DNA of 64,000 nucleotides from Candidatus Raymondbacteria bacterium RIFOXYA2_FULL_49_16 (GTDB lineage Bacteria; Fibrobacterota; OXYB2-FULL-49-7; XYB2-FULL-49-35): NCBI GenBank assembly GCA_001789205.1, contig MFYT01000023.1, positions 19,003 to 83,002 of the forward strand, read 5' to 3'. Shown piece by piece: positions 38,201 to 45,929 of this stretch (position 1 is its first letter; each line of letters starts with the position of its first letter). The notes under the pieces were generated by a model. It saw only the letters and a program-made list of their open reading frames with translations, ran no database searches and was not told where the DNA came from. The position numbers and the translations under genes were made by a program.

Positions 38201-41200
38201 CGAAGGTGAAACAAAGGGATTGGGAGTTGCTGTTCTTGCTGATCTCAATCGGAATGGAAAAGATGAACTTGTCTTTATGTACAGTCATAACGAGGGATAT
38301 TCAATATGCGGTATCAGCGTGGATGAGGTAAACCCAGAGAGTGATTCGTTGTATGTAAAGGACACGCTTTTCGATGTGGCTATTGGGGGTGATCCGGCCC
38401 AATCAGACCAGAATATTGTCATTGGCGATGTAAATGGCGATGGGCAATATGATGTTGTTTTTCTTGCCGAAGATTCAGTGCATGTGCTGTATCTTGATGG
38501 AAACGGGCATTGTGTGGCGTCTGTTACCAAAAGTATCAACAAGAACGCTTATAAGCTTGTTGCAAATCCGTTCCAGCCATTATTAGCGGATATTGACAAT
38601 GATGATAAAGCCGATATTTTCTTTATAACCAAGGAAGGGTGGCTCTATTGTTTCAAGGGCGCGGATTACCAGTCAGAAGCGTTTGTCCTGATGGACGGTT
38701 TTCCCTTGAAGAAAGCGCCGACTGGTTTATGGGAACGTACAGGTTTTGCAGTATCTGATATTGATAATGACGGGAAGTATGAGATTGTTGATAATGGTGG
38801 TGACGGGTTTTGTAAGGTTTGGGAGACCGATGGGTATGTCAATAATACAAAGCAGTGGCCCCAGAGGGAGCATGATGCAAGGAATACTAATTCAGCATCC
38901 TTCAAAGAAGATGACGATTTGAATAAAAATAGCCAGTTAAGGGGTAAGGTGCTGGCACTGGACTATGGATTCAGGCTAACAGACGGCAATATTGTAAAAT
39001 ACCGTGATTCACTATCGATTGACAATATTGCCATATACAAAAACAATGATCTTTATAGGCGTCCTGTTGCCTTTGGAAAAGACCCGTTGTACGCACTTGT
39101 GCCTGCAACAGGAAACCTACAGTATTTCTATTCAAATGGAATAATAGAAAACGGGATGGAATGCTTTGCATTGTATGAAGATGGTGCGTGTGAATGGCAA
39201 GATTACTGCGTAGCACCTCCAGTATACTCAAATACAAGCGCACCTAACGAGATTAGTGGCATTGATAATGAAGGCCCGTGTGATTCTTGCATGGGAATAA
39301 CATTTTATAATTCAATGCCGCAATCAACTTCATATTATATGCTATTAAAGAAAAATGCTGACACCGTAGTTCTTGTTGGCAAGCATAATGGTAATACCAT
39401 TGAATTTGATGAAGCTGGAAGCGGGTTGACATCAAAAATCATCAGAGGAAGTTTAACTGAGAGGAAGAACTACCTGATAACCGTGAAAACATTTCAGGAA
39501 TATACCGACATATTCATTGAAGTTAAAAAAAGTAACCTAGGTGGCGAGACTGTCATGGATACTATTCATGTTCGCGACACAAGTACAACCCATTTAATCA
39601 AAGGAACAGCCGGATATTATTTAGCAAAAGGAGATACTGGTACGCATAGGATTTTCAAAGGTTTTGCGGTTCAACAATTGGTACCCGAAATCAAAGCCTT
39701 ATATGTTAGACCCAGCGGTAATGATGGAAATGATGGCACCTTATCTGATCCTTTTAGAACAATCCAGGCAGCATATGATGCTTTGCCAGTAACATTTACA
39801 GAACCCTGGACAATATATCTGTTGCCTGGCACCCATAATTATTCGACGAATCTCAATGGGGGCGGGGATTATCTGTCTTTGTTGTATGCAGACACCTCGA
39901 AGCATTTCACGAAAACTAACAATCTTACGATAAAGTCATACTACAATAATCCTGATAGCCAGGCCACTCTTAAGGTATCTGATTCCACCAAATATCTGGC
40001 CAATAATAAAACAGCCCTTATTGTCCTGGCAAACAACCACATAACTCTTGAAGGGCTGAAGTTCAAAGGGTGCGGTGGTGGCAAAACAAAGCTTACAGGA
40101 GTCTCTTTTTCCAAGGCATATCCATATCAGTGGCCAATACATGATCTGACGGTTAAAAATTGCTATTTTGACATGGACAGCATGATGATCGGCATTGATT
40201 ACGACTGGTCCTCGGACAGCCTGAACGTGATCAACTGTATCTTCAAAGGGACTGATTCATCATCATCTACAGGCGTTGTTGGCATCAAAGGCCTGGAATC
40301 CAACACCCTGGGCCACCATGTCGTTAACAGCACTTTCCATAACCTTGGAAAGGCGATTTACGCCACCTTTGACAGTATTACCGTTATTAATTCGATCTTT
40401 TCAAAGAACGCATACGCATATATGGGATATGCGTCTGGCGATAAGGTGGCATTTAAGAATGTCCTTTTCTCAGATGTCGCTACAATCGTAAGCACGGGGA
40501 CCGCGTCATACCAGGACACTATTCATAGCGATCCCATGTTCATCAGTACAAATGAAGGTGCTGTCGGTTTTATGATGCCATCAGTGCAGAGCTTGTGCAG
40601 GAATGCTGGCGCAAAAGACACCGGCACTGTTGAAGGGCTTATTCCAGATAGGGATTACACCTACATGCACCGGGGGTATCTCATTGATATCGGAGCTGTG
40701 GAAGCTTCCAGTACAGCAGGTGAAACGGAAAGTCCGCGGAATGTTATCTATTCTGTTGGTCAGAACACGACCGACCACAAGACTGGCACACCGAATGTAT
40801 CCATAAGCAGCGGTGTGGCTACATTTTCAACGGCACAGACATCTGACCATCTGGGTGCTGGGGATGTGTTTACCTATGATGGCACAAAGAAATGCTATTT
40901 GAAGGAAAAGATTTCGACAACCAGGTGGAAGGTGGTGACTGCGGAAGGCATTTGGCCCACCAATGTGACTTCAAAAACCGTGAACTCAATCAAGCATTGT
41001 TTTACATCTCTCGGAGCCGCGATTAATGGTAATCCAGGTACTACCGGGGTCTATGGTCTGCTTGGTGACTCCATTTTAACTACTGCTGGAGCGGATGTGG
41101 TTGTTAAAATTGCTTGTTATGATGACGGAACTGATGACACATCAATGGTTCAGTTGTCGCACAAATGGACTACTGATTCAGCGCATCATTTCATTATATT

Positions 41201-42053
41201 TGTTCCAAGAAATACCGCAACCGAATGCAATTTGAACCAGAGGCATGCAGGCTCGGTTAATGGGAATGGATACACCCTTAAGTCGTCGAATTCAGACAGC
41301 TATAAATACAACCTTGAAGTATTGGCGAATTATACAATGGTCGATGGCATAAAGGTTGTGCGCACATCGGACAATTGGTCATATGGGTTTGCTATCGGGC
41401 TGCGCTATGAGGAGCCAATGTATAAGGGACGGTATATAGAAGTGAGAAACTGCCTGCTTATCCAGGAAAGCGGGGGAGCACCCGATGGCAGTCTTCTTGA
41501 ACTGTCCGGGATAAGTTATACAGACAACTATGGGTGTTATTATCACGATAATATAGTGGTCAGCAATTCAGACAACCTGAAGTATGGTATCTATGTTGAA
41601 GGCGGGTACCAGACTGAGGCGGCTAAACAGGTCAAGTTATATAACAATAGTGTGTATGGTAAGTTTACCGTCGCAGGGTTCAGTATCGACATAGACAACT
41701 CCAGCGGATCGTCATACAGGCCAGCCATTAAGAACAATTATGTATGCGATACCAAAGTTGATGGAATTGACTATGAATTTGGAGGGAATTATCTGAATAG
41801 TCTTTCTGTCTTTGATTACAATGCGGCTGATGATGGCTCTGCAGGTTCGAGCAACACCAATCAGACTATATCTGTGAGCAGTTGTAGTTTTGTGAGTACG
41901 ACAACAGGGCAGGAGGATTTGCATATACAGAGTGGATCTGGGTTGATAGATCAGGGGGTTGGGCCTAGTCAAGATGCAAATGTTTCAATAATAGATTTTG
42001 ATGGAGATACTAGAAGTGGCAGCAATTGTGAAATTGGAGGAGACGAAAAGTAA
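32286..42053 (+). CDS. giant (3255-aa) secreted multidomain protein: duplicated beta-helix modules, peptidase C25 (gingipain-like) domain, FN3, FG-GAP beta-propeller repeats, C-terminal pectin-lyase-like beta-helix
   Basis: Signal peptide KHCCLFLLLIFTTVSFA (probable start at Met 32307). Two ~370-aa tandem copies each end ...WDIGADEY. The C25 pattern is DYLIITKDEP...KGMKVKIV...VTWVLLGGDYAIIPP...SDMYYACLE...FPDVVLGRLP with candidate catalytic IHYGHG and IIGCG. FN3 domain YLEWAKPADNDIAGYYLYRK. At least six FG-GAP-type Ca-binding loops (DLDGDGDQE, GDVNGDGTQD, YDFDNDNKSE, GDVNGDGQYD, ADIDNDDKAD, SDIDNDGKYE). The C-terminal module begins DPFRTIQAAYDAL and ends ...DLHIQSG...EIGGDEK. No T9SS CTD. Confidence 0.8.
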   Translation: MLWHQKIMGRQVGVKTKHCCLFLLLIFTTVSFAVTTRYVSVGACTDYTSGSASVDSGSLVVTGTSTVWLDSNRGCGDSIIINSTGYTVDSVTSNTRIVLTSAATATYSGSTYSVKRKKSSFSSWESQNKNLVTADQNEVAIFYNDGSEFTAQDINGWTTDSLHRITMTANASNQHNGIEVSGAVINCQGGVWNLYIGCTTLENLEVKNSGGYGLYLAGVNNVVRNCLFHGGSTHGIHVYYNGSKDSIYNNIVHGFDSAGIDISTNQWNLVANNTVYGCHKGIRSSHGNYSYNNMYVVNNLCAGNGADYWEVPGSVGFNSNDSNNISSDSSLALVGAGPHCKNNVTLSQIAFADTATATRDLHITSTSIARDSGANLSSYFSIDIDDSTRSGSWDIGADEYFATTPVYKIRFVSIGSRADYASGSVSVDSGSLVATGTSTAWLDSNRGCGDSIIINGAGHTIDSVTSNTRIVLAERANAAYSGNSYSIKRKYATLQAWASTHRDLVTANQSEMALLYNDGAEFVVSWLSHIDDGWNTDSLHRLTISADARNRHTGIAGTGAVINCQGSVWNLYKGWTTLENLEVKNSSTYGLYLAGMNNVVRNCLFHGGDNRGIHVAYTGVNDSVYNNIIYDFDSAGIDIATNQWNLVANNTVYGCFKGIRSSHENYVYNNMHVVNNIAMGNVYDFWELAGSVGFDGNDTNNICGDASLNTIGIGSKNHYNASFTSIAFIDTAIASCDLHIHSYSVAKSAGADLSGYFTTDIDNVTRTSPWDIGADEYTGPGEIVLSDHPAGQEPNAFTGKGSETNAELFAFKLYSVDNPAITRLVFDISNINGLTNADWAGVELVVDADSNGSIGTGENTTVGGAGVVNQDSGIITFSTSFSVNGTKYYILRADFASLSHNDGVTISFNSDSVITTADISGSVSAAQHHEWNPSGISKRTTRYNDKAQVDYLIITKDEPRILNEFKRLATYKQAKGMKVKIVTADSIKTIFEGSDLQEKIRKYIQYAKKEYKVTWVLLGGDYAIIPPRYLYSSMNGGSAILSDMYYACLESDFNLDKDNHIGEVADNADIFPDVVLGRLPCSDWNEARKMIDKSIEYEYKGLAGAGERKILLSGIDMLGKRYSPQDSAYIDDGTYYNHRVLKDIIKAGFDGDFTEIFEDSITPADSVIDDSIKVPLNTFIDSLFGNSTASPANLWIHYGHGAEEAVIYNNHSLLTTHLLKKEVNAKYQKNAGHALIIGCGTLTPNSASLAKKMLTYYEGANTYFAASNWDYPSTSLNIHKAYMQALFEDTAMSAGLAATLAKLNEEAASGAEQFDFSKRWVLLAYNFLGDPELPLWKDTLSESTRLNVPGIGSLVIVEGAQICTLDVQTGSVSADTNTRVCIFQDNSNITRARVNADGKAILNFTAKKSAYEPVFIGVMHDKFAPVMYRIDSVSNVSGPSLFLIKELTRDSSKTSSDTLHFSFEIRNEGGSDAYGVGAIISLTDPADSGFVAILTTIDSTDSIIVSDQATMAFSIKLNRAKQTHRIITFNTTVGCNGGHAYSGRFAIDIGEKRLVLQKGTTSKSGNEYTLQYTVKNKGTHAITGDSLRLIATEGDSAIVDISPAMRTVTTIQPDSQRTTNTFIVTVYPDWPYQTSLLKLVMAYDGIRETLTVDLEAPDTIPSFVAVPYGPGKIYLEWAKPADNDIAGYYLYRKHADSASFRQINGLIGNSFYVDEDTAAIKSNNGFVYYVKAFDRSMHVSDSIYDTVKVELAMKSGFPMDLENGHGGAPKIADLDGDGDQEFMFPMASNEVKAYHHDGQEYYQKYENDGYAFSFSSGQYAMHHQLGIGDVNGDGTQDMVIAAGERVYVYRGGNYPDTVQIFSQHTDWAGENQDFNITAPIVYDFDNDNKSEIVTASFNGKEYVLWMDGSTLKIDSCNTVYGFDRPFSLGDVYGDSKKEIVGYSSTWGGPYVHFFHYADTGLCDHDSLKWKRDEGETKGLGVAVLADLNRNGKDELVFMYSHNEGYSICGISVDEVNPESDSLYVKDTLFDVAIGGDPAQSDQNIVIGDVNGDGQYDVVFLAEDSVHVLYLDGNGHCVASVTKSINKNAYKLVANPFQPLLADIDNDDKADIFFITKEGWLYCFKGADYQSEAFVLMDGFPLKKAPTGLWERTGFAVSDIDNDGKYEIVDNGGDGFCKVWETDGYVNNTKQWPQREHDARNTNSASFKEDDDLNKNSQLRGKVLALDYGFRLTDGNIVKYRDSLSIDNIAIYKNNDLYRRPVAFGKDPLYALVPATGNLQYFYSNGIIENGMECFALYEDGACEWQDYCVAPPVYSNTSAPNEISGIDNEGPCDSCMGITFYNSMPQSTSYYMLLKKNADTVVLVGKHNGNTIEFDEAGSGLTSKIIRGSLTERKNYLITVKTFQEYTDIFIEVKKSNLGGETVMDTIHVRDTSTTHLIKGTAGYYLAKGDTGTHRIFKGFAVQQLVPEIKALYVRPSGNDGNDGTLSDPFRTIQAAYDALPVTFTEPWTIYLLPGTHNYSTNLNGGGDYLSLLYADTSKHFTKTNNLTIKSYYNNPDSQATLKVSDSTKYLANNKTALIVLANNHITLEGLKFKGCGGGKTKLTGVSFSKAYPYQWPIHDLTVKNCYFDMDSMMIGIDYDWSSDSLNVINCIFKGTDSSSSTGVVGIKGLESNTLGHHVVNSTFHNLGKAIYATFDSITVINSIFSKNAYAYMGYASGDKVAFKNVLFSDVATIVSTGTASYQDTIHSDPMFISTNEGAVGFMMPSVQSLCRNAGAKDTGTVEGLIPDRDYTYMHRGYLIDIGAVEASSTAGETESPRNVIYSVGQNTTDHKTGTPNVSISSGVATFSTAQTSDHLGAGDVFTYDGTKKCYLKEKISTTRWKVVTAEGIWPTNVTSKTVNSIKHCFTSLGAAINGNPGTTGVYGLLGDSILTTAGADVVVKIACYDDGTDDTSMVQLSHKWTTDSAHHFIIFVPRNTATECNLNQRHAGSVNGNGYTLKSSNSDSYKYNLEVLANYTMVDGIKVVRTSDNWSYGFAIGLRYEEPMYKGRYIEVRNCLLIQESGGAPDGSLLELSGISYTDNYGCYYHDNIVVSNSDNLKYGIYVEGGYQTEAAKQVKLYNNSVYGKFTVAGFSIDIDNSSGSSYRPAIKNNYVCDTKVDGIDYEFGGNYLNSLSVFDYNAADDGSAGSSNTNQTISVSSCSFVSTTTGQEDLHIQSGSGLIDQGVGPSQDANVSIIDFDGDTRSGSNCEIGGDEK
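32391..34615 (+). repeat. intragenic tandem duplication, 2 x ~1.1 kb, ~80% nt identity by eye
   Basis: Units ~32391-33490 and ~33497-34615. Both encode RYVSVGACTDY.../KIRFVSIGSRADY... through ...WDIGADEY, with long runs of identical nucleotides (e.g. ggtacaagcacag.ctggctcgacagcaacc). Confidence 0.8.
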
Positions 42054-42176
42054 AAATGTTAGTTGTATTTACCAGGACCGATTACTTCAGAGAAAAGGAT
42101 TGGAAACCTGATATCAGGAGCTACGGGTAGATCAACTTGTCTGGATAGGAAAACGAATCCGAGAAAGGACAATAAA

Positions 42177-42797
42177 ATGGTACCGAACAATAAAATTAAT
42201 AACAATCACCTTTCAAAAACTAAAATCATTATTCTATTAATATTATTAATCTGTTTACCAAACACTTATTGCAAAAATATTATTTACTTGAATGAGTATG
42301 ATTCTGTTTATAATGACAGCGTTGTTGATAATATTACTTCGTTTTCCAAGGACTGTGATGATATTATAGAAGGAGAGGTTGTCAAATTAGTAGTAAAAAA
42401 TAAATTGCCCGAGATGATTTTAAGAGAATATTCGGTCAGAATAACCGATCAGCACAAGGGCAAAATAAATTCAAGTATTATAAAAGTAATAATATATGGT
42501 GGGGAGTACAATGGGTATGCGATAAGAGTATTAGATGCTCCAACATTAACAGTTAATGAAAAAGTGTTATTATTCTTAGATGAACTAAAAGACAAGGGCG
42601 GGTATATTATTCATGAGTGGAAATATGGGAAGTTTCAATGCCTCCAGGAAAAGAATGAGAAATACATTGTATATGATTTAAATCGAATTCACGTAACCAA
42701 TTATGAGAAAGAAATAAAATATTCACATAAACTTGTTAAAATAAAATACAAAAATGTGATAGATTTAATACGGAAAGGGATAAGAAATGAGAAATAA
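42177..42797 (+). CDS. hypothetical Lys/Asn-rich secreted protein (low GC)
   Basis: Start at MVPNNK. Signal-like KTKIIILLILLICLPNTYC. No known motif. Very AT-rich codon usage compared with flanking genes. Confidence 0.4.
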   Translation: MVPNNKINNNHLSKTKIIILLILLICLPNTYCKNIIYLNEYDSVYNDSVVDNITSFSKDCDDIIEGEVVKLVVKNKLPEMILREYSVRITDQHKGKINSSIIKVIIYGGEYNGYAIRVLDAPTLTVNEKVLLFLDELKDKGGYIIHEWKYGKFQCLQEKNEKYIVYDLNRIHVTNYEKEIKYSHKLVKIKYKNVIDLIRKGIRNEK

Positions 42798-43710
42798 ATT
42801 ATTATCTATAGCTATTTTTAATGCGCTATTGTTTGCTCAATCAACGCTGCCCAATAAAGTAGATTTTGAGTACGCAGCAATCGATAAAAATAATAATATT
42901 GTGACGATATTATGTCAGAATTGTCAAAGTACAGATATACAGATGTTTTCTAAAGGCGATGATTATCAAAGGTTATATTGGGAAAATGGAGCACCTTTTT
43001 ACTTTAATGGCGCCATATCAAATCCGTATGATCAACATACAATGAATAGTGAGAGTGAAGTTCGGGCGTATGTTAGTAGTAAATTGCAAAGTTGGTCCAA
43101 CGCAACTGGTGGTTGTCTGGGTGTTGCTAACCTTGAAGTTGCTTCGACTGTAAACACGTTCCAGCCTTCAGATGGACAAAACACTTGGTTTTTTCATACG
43201 CTATCTTCAACAAGCATTTTCTTTACAGTTGGTTTTCGATTTGATTATTATGGGACGACCACACCGGGACTGATACGGGAAGCAGATCTAATTTTTAATG
43301 AATATAGAGTTGGAAATGATGTGTTCGGTCAGAGTACTAGTAGTTTACTTCACGGGAAAATACGCCCATTTGGATACGCTTCTGATTATTCTATAACGTG
43401 GTGGGCAAACACGTCGGCAGGAGTTGATCAGCCAACCACGCAAATCGATGATGTGTTAAAAAAGATATATATCAATGTTGGCTGTGCGGCAGTTCATGCG
43501 ATAGGGAGGTGGCTTGCGTTAGGTTCTTCACAATATTCGGCAAATAATGGCTATCCGTCTGCTCCAATTCTAAGGCCTGATCAAAATTGGGTTGTTGATC
43601 AAAACAATCAATTTTTTAATTGGTCTCCAAAGAACCAAGATGTTCAGCACTTCAATTTCTTTTATACCTGTATAACAACCAGTATCTATTCACAAGAAGA
43701 CAGGAAATAG
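42787..43710 (+). CDS. hypothetical secreted protein with a degenerate matrixin-like segment
   Basis: Signal MRNKLLSIAIFNALLFAQS. Region ...READLIFNEY...VGCAAVHAIGRWLALGSS parallels metzincin ...VAAHEFGHSLGLSHS, but the catalytic Glu and two His are replaced. Confidence 0.4.
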   Translation: MRNKLLSIAIFNALLFAQSTLPNKVDFEYAAIDKNNNIVTILCQNCQSTDIQMFSKGDDYQRLYWENGAPFYFNGAISNPYDQHTMNSESEVRAYVSSKLQSWSNATGGCLGVANLEVASTVNTFQPSDGQNTWFFHTLSSTSIFFTVGFRFDYYGTTTPGLIREADLIFNEYRVGNDVFGQSTSSLLHGKIRPFGYASDYSITWWANTSAGVDQPTTQIDDVLKKIYINVGCAAVHAIGRWLALGSSQYSANNGYPSAPILRPDQNWVVDQNNQFFNWSPKNQDVQHFNFFYTCITTSIYSQEDRK

Positions 43711-43806
43711 AAATATAAAGCGACCAAAGACATAATTAATTAATATAGCTTTGACTTATTGAGATGTCAATGAAAAGCTTGCGCTTGTAAGATAATAAAA
43801 GTAAAT

Positions 43807-44676
43807 ATGATAAATAAAATCATGATGAATAGATTTATGCTTCTTATCTTAGGCATCTGTGTTGTTGTTTTAATGCTTAACAATGTACGCTGCCAGTCAA
43901 ATCCACATAGCATAGAAGCCCACGAAGAATCCATTCGTTCAATTGTTATGGTTTGTTTAAGAAGTGGTATTCTTGATTCGAGCCATGAATTGGCGGCAAC
44001 AACGCCGTACTACGACGTTGAGGCAATCGTTTTGGGTAAAAATGTGAAATACCACTCTATAGAAATAAATAATGAAATTGATAGTTGCTGCGCTTTATTT
44101 GTTGACTCAAACACTATCGAGGTACATTTTAGGCAGGTTGGGTTTTTAGCTAATATTATTAAAGTTAACTTAAAGACAAACATTGGAACAGTTGGAGACT
44201 CGATTAGCGTTCCTGATTTAATTGATAATATAGATTTCGGTATTAGTCAAAAAGAGGAATTTCTATATTTGTCATGGGAGTCGATTGCAGATTTCTATGA
44301 AATTCATTGGGATTATTCATATTTGGACTCTGTTGGGCACGTGGAGCACGTCTACAACGATACGCTAATTACATCAACAAGTGCCATATTGCCAACAAAA
44401 TATGCGATAAAAAATGGCAGAATCGATTTTTATGTTACTTCGATTAATGGACCATTCCCAGACAAGGAAGCGATCGCGAAATTAAATAGCATTAATTATT
44501 GTTATTTATATATTAAGAACAGCTTTGTTCCTAATGTTTATAGTGTCAGATTGGGAAGTGGGATTAGTAATGATTCCTTAAGGGTTGATTCTACTACAAC
44601 CTTTGAAGTAAATAATCAATCATCCTATACCCTTGAGAACTATATAAAAAAATTAGGTTTAAAAGTGGAAAATTAA
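43807..44676 (+). CDS. hypothetical secreted protein (low GC)
   Basis: Signal/TM MINKIMMNRFMLLILGICVVVLMLNNVRC. No recognisable domain. Confidence 0.35.
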   Translation: MINKIMMNRFMLLILGICVVVLMLNNVRCQSNPHSIEAHEESIRSIVMVCLRSGILDSSHELAATTPYYDVEAIVLGKNVKYHSIEINNEIDSCCALFVDSNTIEVHFRQVGFLANIIKVNLKTNIGTVGDSISVPDLIDNIDFGISQKEEFLYLSWESIADFYEIHWDYSYLDSVGHVEHVYNDTLITSTSAILPTKYAIKNGRIDFYVTSINGPFPDKEAIAKLNSINYCYLYIKNSFVPNVYSVRLGSGISNDSLRVDSTTTFEVNNQSSYTLENYIKKLGLKVEN

Positions 44677-44700
44677 ATTTATTATATATTGACATAGAGA

Positions 44701-45795
44701 TTAATTAAATAAAACAACCTTCCTCGTCAACGCCTTTCCATTGCATACCAACCGGCAAAAATATACTCCACTCGCCATTCGTGACGCATTCCAGGAATAA
44801 ACCCCTTTCCCTTCTACTAAATTATAAAAAACGGGTTTGCCGTTTATAGCATATATCGTCAATAACCCTTTCTGATTTTCATTCATTTCATAGGCGATAT
44901 TGGTTATGGGATTAAAAGGGTTGGGAAAGTTTTGAAGCGAAAAAGAAATTATGCATTCTTTGGGAGAATCGGATATGGGTGTTGTAGGCTCTGGCGTTAA
45001 TGTTCCTTCAACAACAATATGCATAGTGTTGCCATCCTGGGTCCAATGTTCTGGTGCGTTCGCACCATCTCCAATAAGTGAATCACAAGAGCCATAACCA
45101 AATAGGCTCATTTTGCCATTACCTGAATTTAGAATGCCAGCAAGAATAATTTGATACGCCCCTGTTTTCATCGAGTCGTTATTATCAAGAATCCATTGAA
45201 CTTGGTCTGTTATATCGATCTCGGCAAATTTTCGCCATAGGGGTGACGGCTGCGATGTGTCGCTTGTCTGCCCCTGGAAAGTAATGAATGTTATTGTATC
45301 TTTATTGAATTCAGAACAAATGTCATGATGTATTGATAGTTGTCTTGAATCACAGGCAAAGTAATCAGCAGATAGGTAGCCTGAACCACAAAAATCATGT
45401 TCATTTACTAATTTGCTAATTGAAACCATTGTTTGAATATCACCCGAACGGTTCATGGCAATACCGGGGTCCGGATAGTATAAATCAAGGAACTCGCCTC
45501 GTAATTTAGCTGATGTGATTGTACCACGTACTCTGTTTAGGTCAAAAGAAACAATATACGTTTTAAAAAAATGCATAAGAATGAATGTGGAAACGTCAGG
45601 ATCGCCATCGCGATAATTATAAGAATCTACATGAAGCAAACCCTCGTATATCTTGTCCTGTGGGATTTGAAGGTTTGGCCCCGGGCTATCCGCCAGAGCA
45701 TAGTTGTTTTTTATTGCATCCTGCCAGAATAAATACGTCTCAGCTTGCACGGAAACAATCAAAGTAACAACGGCAATTAGAACGTTTTTTATCAT
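44701..45795 (-). CDS. secreted protein with T9SS type-A C-terminal sorting domain
   Basis: Signal MIKNVLIAVVTLIVSVQA. The C-terminal ~75 aa (NFPNPFNPITNIAYEM...LTIYAINGKPVFYNLVEGKGVYSWNASRMASGVYFCRLVCNGKALTRKVVLFN) is a textbook Por-secretion CTD. Confidence 0.7.
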   Translation of the reverse strand: MIKNVLIAVVTLIVSVQAETYLFWQDAIKNNYALADSPGPNLQIPQDKIYEGLLHVDSYNYRDGDPDVSTFILMHFFKTYIVSFDLNRVRGTITSAKLRGEFLDLYYPDPGIAMNRSGDIQTMVSISKLVNEHDFCGSGYLSADYFACDSRQLSIHHDICSEFNKDTITFITFQGQTSDTSQPSPLWRKFAEIDITDQVQWILDNNDSMKTGAYQIILAGILNSGNGKMSLFGYGSCDSLIGDGANAPEHWTQDGNTMHIVVEGTLTPEPTTPISDSPKECIISFSLQNFPNPFNPITNIAYEMNENQKGLLTIYAINGKPVFYNLVEGKGVYSWNASRMASGVYFCRLVCNGKALTRKVVLFN

Positions 45796-45929
45796 AAATA
45801 TGACCCCTTTTTTGTATTATTAATATACCCTAATTTGTTGTGTCATGTCAAACATTAAATGCTTCCATTTCAGAGCGAAAATATATATATTCTTGTTTGT
45901 CTAATCCGTTATAATTCAAGGGGCTTTTT

